NCBI RefSeq assembly: GCF_006345805.1
Contig: NW_021833630.1
Coordinates: forward strand, 1 to 57,139
Reading direction: 5' to 3'
Length of the DNA: 57,139 nucleotides
Source: Octopus sinensis
Taxonomy: Eukaryota
Part shown: positions 52,771-57,139 of the stretch, one piece after another
Layout: the number at the start of each line of letters is the position of its first letter
Numbering within the stretch: the stretch's first letter is position 1
Translations under genes and position numbers: made by a program
The notes under the pieces: generated by a model
Told to the model about the DNA's origin: nothing
What the model saw: only the letters and a program-made list of their open reading frames with translations
Database searches by the model: none

Positions 52771-53157
52771 GTCAACTGAGATATCTATCTAAATATCTCC
52801 ATCTTTTCAATCCATATATTTATATTTATGCATGTGTGTGTGTGTGTATACTTACATACATGCATACGCACATCTACACATCGACATACATCTACACACA
52901 TACATAGACAGACACGTACAAGTGTACTTACGCGCATGCATATCTGGAATGGAGCATTGTAGAAGAATATATTAGAAGATAAAAGCCTGATCAAAAAGGA
53001 AAATGTTCTGCATGAGATATAATGTTAACTGATTTAACGGATGATGGGAAGACGGACTGACAAGCGACTAGACAAACAGACAGACGCAGAGAGAGAGAGG
53101 GTAGATACCAAATGGCGGGCCGGAAACAAATAAAGATAGACTGCTTTTGTACGTACG

Positions 53158-53188
<31 letters not shown>

Positions 53189-53192
53189 TATG

Positions 53193-53224
<32 letters not shown>

Positions 53225-53425
53225 AATATATATAAATTATATATATATATAAATATATATAGGTCTATGTATATGTATATATGTATATGTATGTGTCAAT
53301 TATATATATATATATATTATAGTATTATATATATAGGTAATATATTTATATATATTATATATTATACATATACATATCTTTTTATTCATACTGTATATAT
53401 ACATACATATGCATACATATTTATA

Positions 53426-53485
<60 letters not shown>

Positions 53486-53503
53486 ATATATATACATATA
53501 TAT

Positions 53504-53540
<37 letters not shown>

Positions 53541-53654
53541 ATACCGTACACCCACACACATATATTGTATATATATTATATATATATATATATATATATG
53601 TGTGTGGGTGTGGGTGTGTGTTGTGTTGTATATATATATGCTTACATATATGTA

Positions 53655-53830
53655 CTTATCTCTTTTTCTTTTACTTGTTTTAGTCACTAGTCTGTGTCAT
53701 GCTGTAGCACCGCCTTGAAGAAGCTTACTCGAACGATTCGACTCCAGTCCTTATATTTTTTTGACCGTTTGGTTTCATGTGCGCAAACTTACCAACACCG
53801 GTTGTCAAACGGTAATATGTTACAACACAC
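53655..53830 (-). mobile_element. SINE family B 3' half, degenerate
   Basis: TTTACTTGTTTTAGTCA..ATGCTGTAGCACCGCCTT..CCAACACCGGTTGTCAAACG. Confidence 0.65.
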
Positions 53831-53851
53831 ACGCCAACACACATTCATGCG

Positions 53852-53909
<58 letters not shown>

Positions 53910-53916
53910 AATATAG

Positions 53917-53959
<43 letters not shown>

Positions 53960-54177
53960 GTGAAAGATAGATATCAGAAGAAAGGAGAGAGTGAGAGAGA
54001 GAGAGAGAGAAGGAGACATTTTAAATAAGAGAGTAACAGGTATCTTTGAACGCGCTCCTACATTTTCTATAAAATGTAATGAGAGGCTATTTGCCTTTAT
54101 AGAGGTAGTCCACGTATTGTACAGATACTATAAATGCCATGCCACCTATGCGTAGCTATACATAAGACTAGCTATAT

Positions 54178-54212
<35 letters not shown>

Positions 54213-54336
54213 CATGTATACACACATATATATATGTGTGTGTGAGTGTGTGTGTGCCACAGAAAAGCTGTTCCTCTTACAGTACCACAAATTACTGACC
54301 ATACACTGTATTACTAGATTGGCGTATACATTAAAG

Positions 54337-54591
54337 CAGTGGTGCTCAACCGGGTTCATATGGCCCATGGGAGGTGGTCCACGTAAGATTTTGTTATTAA
54401 AATTATTCTGCTATAAATTGGTTACACTTCTATAATTTATAAAATATTTAAACATTTTTTATACTATTCCTAATAATATTTAATTATAAAAAATTTTATA
54501 TGATTTTTCAATCATCGAATGACTAGGAGGGTCCATCTGAGTAAAATAGGAACCAAAGGGTTCCTAGGTAAAAAATGGTTGGGAAACACTG
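54337..54591. mobile_element. hAT-like MITE; a related larger element spans ~54688-55082
   Basis: TIRs CAGTGGTGCTCAACC / GGTTGGGAAACACTG. The second element ends GGTTGAAAACCACTG. No exact TSD was found. Confidence 0.6.
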
Positions 54592-55281
54592 CTTTGGGGT
54601 GCTGGTTATTTATATGTGTTACTTAGTTCTTTCATCTCTAACATCTCAACAGTTGAGGAAACAGTAATTAACAATCACCTTGTAGAACATGTTCTCAACC
54701 ATTTTTTTTTTAGATTATGAATCCCTTTGATTACTGTTTTGCTTTAGATATAGTTATTCCAAGAAACAGATTACAGTTTTTTTCTGGTGATCCCCATTTC
54801 CATTCGATGTTTATAAACTAGATTTATAGAAACTTCTTTCGGAATTTCTATTTGTATTTTTCACGCGTTCACTTGTGCAGGTTTACAATATTACTCTCAG
54901 TAATGTCTCAGGTGACTGGAAACATGTTAAACGTTAGAGAAAGAAACGGAGCTGTTTCTAAGAATAAATATAGCTAAAGCAAAATTTTTTCATGGGCCCT
55001 TAAAATACTATTGTGGATTTCCAATTTACTATTTTGTGTGGACACCTAAAGATTTTATCTGGACCCTGGTTGAAAACCACTGTTCTGGAAAACCCTGAGT
55101 CTTTCCCCTTCTTCAGAAGTTTTGGTTTCTATTTAACCAAAAATATACTGGGAACTCTTCTCTCGCGTCACCCACCCGTAATTGCTTATCTTTGACGATT
55201 TCGCGAGTTCACGCACACAGCATAGGAGTCTCCTAGATAAACTACGCACCTTTTGGATTCCAACCAGTTCTTTTCTCTTAG

Positions 55282-55362
55282 GATGAGTGGCTCCTGTTAG
55301 ATGATGGCACCGTTGCAGCGTGTGGATCTGTGGTTCTCTTTGACTGGTACATTTCAGGAGGA
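55282..55362 (+). CDS. Candidate 81-nt phase 0-0 internal exon of an unidentified host gene (DEWLLLDDGTVAACGSVVLFDWYISGG)
   Basis: Strong acceptor CCAGTTCTTTTCTCTTAG, donor GGA|GTAAGA, open in one frame only, non-repetitive composition. No partner exon was established. Confidence 0.35.
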
Positions 55363-55414
55363 GTAAGATTCGGTTTTGTCTCACACGTTTTACTCCCTGG
55401 ACATTAACATCCTA

Positions 55415-55573
55415 CAATTCTATATTTAAGAGATGAGAAATTATGTTAATTATTTACATTATTTACATTTGACGGATTTTTGTCCTCATCTTGTTTGTTG
55501 TTAACACAACGTTTCGGCTGATATACCCTCCAGTCTTCATCAGGTCTCTTGGGGAAAGTTACTTTTCGATGTT
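55415..55573 (-). mobile_element. Inverted 3' fragment of the tRNA-headed HHR element (HHR at 55503-55548)
   Basis: Minus strand AACATCGAAAA..CCCCAAGAGAC-CTGATGA-A-GACTG-GAGGGTATAT-CAGCC-GAAAC-GTT-GTGTTAACAACAAACAAGATGAGGAC.. Confidence 0.8.
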
Positions 55574-55676
55574 AGCAGACTGACTGCAGATATGAATAGT
55601 ATATGGAAACAGGTATTAAGGAAAATAGGAAAATATTAGATTTATAAGCCCCCAAATTCACTCCATAATTGCCCAC

Positions 55677-55748
55677 GGGCATATGGCGTAGTGGTTAAGA
55701 GCGCGGGTTACTAACCCCAAGATTACGAGTTCGATTCCAGGTAGTGAT

Positions 55749-55783
<35 letters not shown>

Positions 55784-55915
55784 CAACAACAACATCGAAA
55801 AATACCTTTACCCAAGACACCCGATGAAGGCTGGAGGTATATCAGCCGAAACGTTGTGTTAAGAACAAATAAGATGAGGACAAATATCCATCAAATATAA
55901 ATAATGTAAATAATT
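55677..55915 (+). mobile_element. SINE-like element: tRNA-derived Pol III head + (AAT)n(AAC)n + hammerhead-containing tail, family F6
   Basis: A box TGGCGTAGTGG 55684-55694, B box GTTCGATTCC 55729-55738; HHR 55816-55860 GACAC-CCGATGA-A-GGCTG-GAGGTATAT-CAGCC-GAAAC-GTT-GTGTT. Confidence 0.8.
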
Positions 55916-56664
55916 AATATCCTATTTACCAACGTTTCCAGCAAACCTCATTCCTATGCGGACGATCCTTGCTTTTATCCTTCCCTAACTCCTCCACCAA
56001 ACGCTGCTTACGTTACACTTGTATTGTCTAGATTTCATTCATCGCACGGTTTAACATAATCTCTTATCTTTGGGTGTTTTTAACAAAATATATGTTATGA
56101 CAGGACCAGGTCTCCGGCATAAGGATAACTCCTTTCCGTTCCTTCTATCAGTCAGGGAGATCCTGAAGCGGATCGTAGGTGCTGCTCTTCCTCTACTGAC
56201 TAAGCAATTAAAATGTCATCGAAGACCTCTAAAACATGTTCTAATAAGAGTACAATAATTCTATTTCCTTCGATAACAGAGAAACAAACTCTCCGCTTAT
56301 CAACGTAACAATCTGCTAATTTAATCTTTCCTTCGACAAAACGCAACTAAGATCTCGAATCTCACAGCAAATACTACGTCACATACTCATGGAATTCCGC
56401 CCTGGTTTTCGCACATCCGTAAAATAGTGTATCTATGTCTACGCTATCCAATGTAGTAGGAGATAAAACTGTCACGGACAGGCTTGCGAGTGGGATCGGT
56501 TTCCAAAATAGAAAACCTATCTTCATACATGATAACTTTTTTAATGCTTTAAAACTTTGAGTGTGCCTCTCTTCAGGATGAGTTTTTGTTCATCATTAAA
56601 CCTTTGATGAATTTTCCAGTCTGATTTGAAATGTTATATTATAAAACTAACGAAGTAAACTCTT

Positions 56665-57139
56665 CGCCCGAAGCTGCACGAAGCCGAATTTCACGGGAGG
56701 GCTGCAATCAGAAAACCACTACTTTCGAAAACAAACGTTACAAAGCGTTTAGAGTGTAGTAAAAACCTACGGAACTAGTCCCTAGAGCAGTGGAAGAATG
56801 TTATTTTCTCGGACGAGTCATCCTTTACCTTATTTCCGACCACCAGCCGAGTATACGTGTAAAGACAGCCAAAAGAAGCATTTTACCCAGACTGCAGTCT
56901 TCCAACTGTTAAACATGGAGAAGGATTTGTGATGATCTGCAGGGCTATATCTTGGAAATCCGCCGGCCCAATGGTTTCCCTTCATGGTAGAATTAATATT
57001 CAATACTAAGCATTTTATCTGATCAAATTCATCCTATGGTTGCGGAACTGTTTCCAGAGAGAAGCGCAATCTTTCAGAATGATAATGCACCAATTCACAC
57101 AGCTAAAGTTATTACTGAATGGCACGAGGGACATTCTAA
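56665..57139 (+). pseudogene. Tc1-family transposase remnant (catalytic DDE region), running off the window end
   Basis: KLHEAEFHGRAAIRKPLLSKTNVTKRLE..QWKNVIFSDESSFTLF..PTVKHGEG..SILSDQIHPM..IFQNDNAPIHTAK; two in-frame stops and one frameshift. Confidence 0.92.

Overview
Eukaryotic, gene-poor, microsatellite-saturated DNA. It is most likely an octopus (coleoid cephalopod) intron or intergenic region; this is inferred from the repeat landscape, not from a database match. Almost all long ORFs in the supplied track are simple-repeat artefacts. The real coding content is transposon-derived: four Penelope-like retroelements (PLEs), R4/Dong-, RTE- and CR1/L2-like LINE remnants, and two Tc1 transposase remnants. 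One PLE is near-intact (RT plus GIY-YIG, 2 frameshifts) and sits inside 427-bp inverted repeats at 19915-23415. There are also many tRNA-derived SINEs, several MITEs and one possible 81-bp host exon. The outstanding signal is RNA-level: about 17 minimal type-I hammerhead ribozyme (HHR) motifs from about 8 families. They include (i) an ORF-less, retrozyme-like unit spanning 533 nt between predicted cleavage sites, one local copy of which starts at the predicted cleavage site, (ii) a tRNA-headed SINE-like element with an HHR tail, (iii) a ~500-bp tandem array with HHRs of both polarities, and (iv) a recurrent CCGANGA core in place of CUGANGA. All folds and translations were done by eye; ribozyme activity, family names and novelty are untested.
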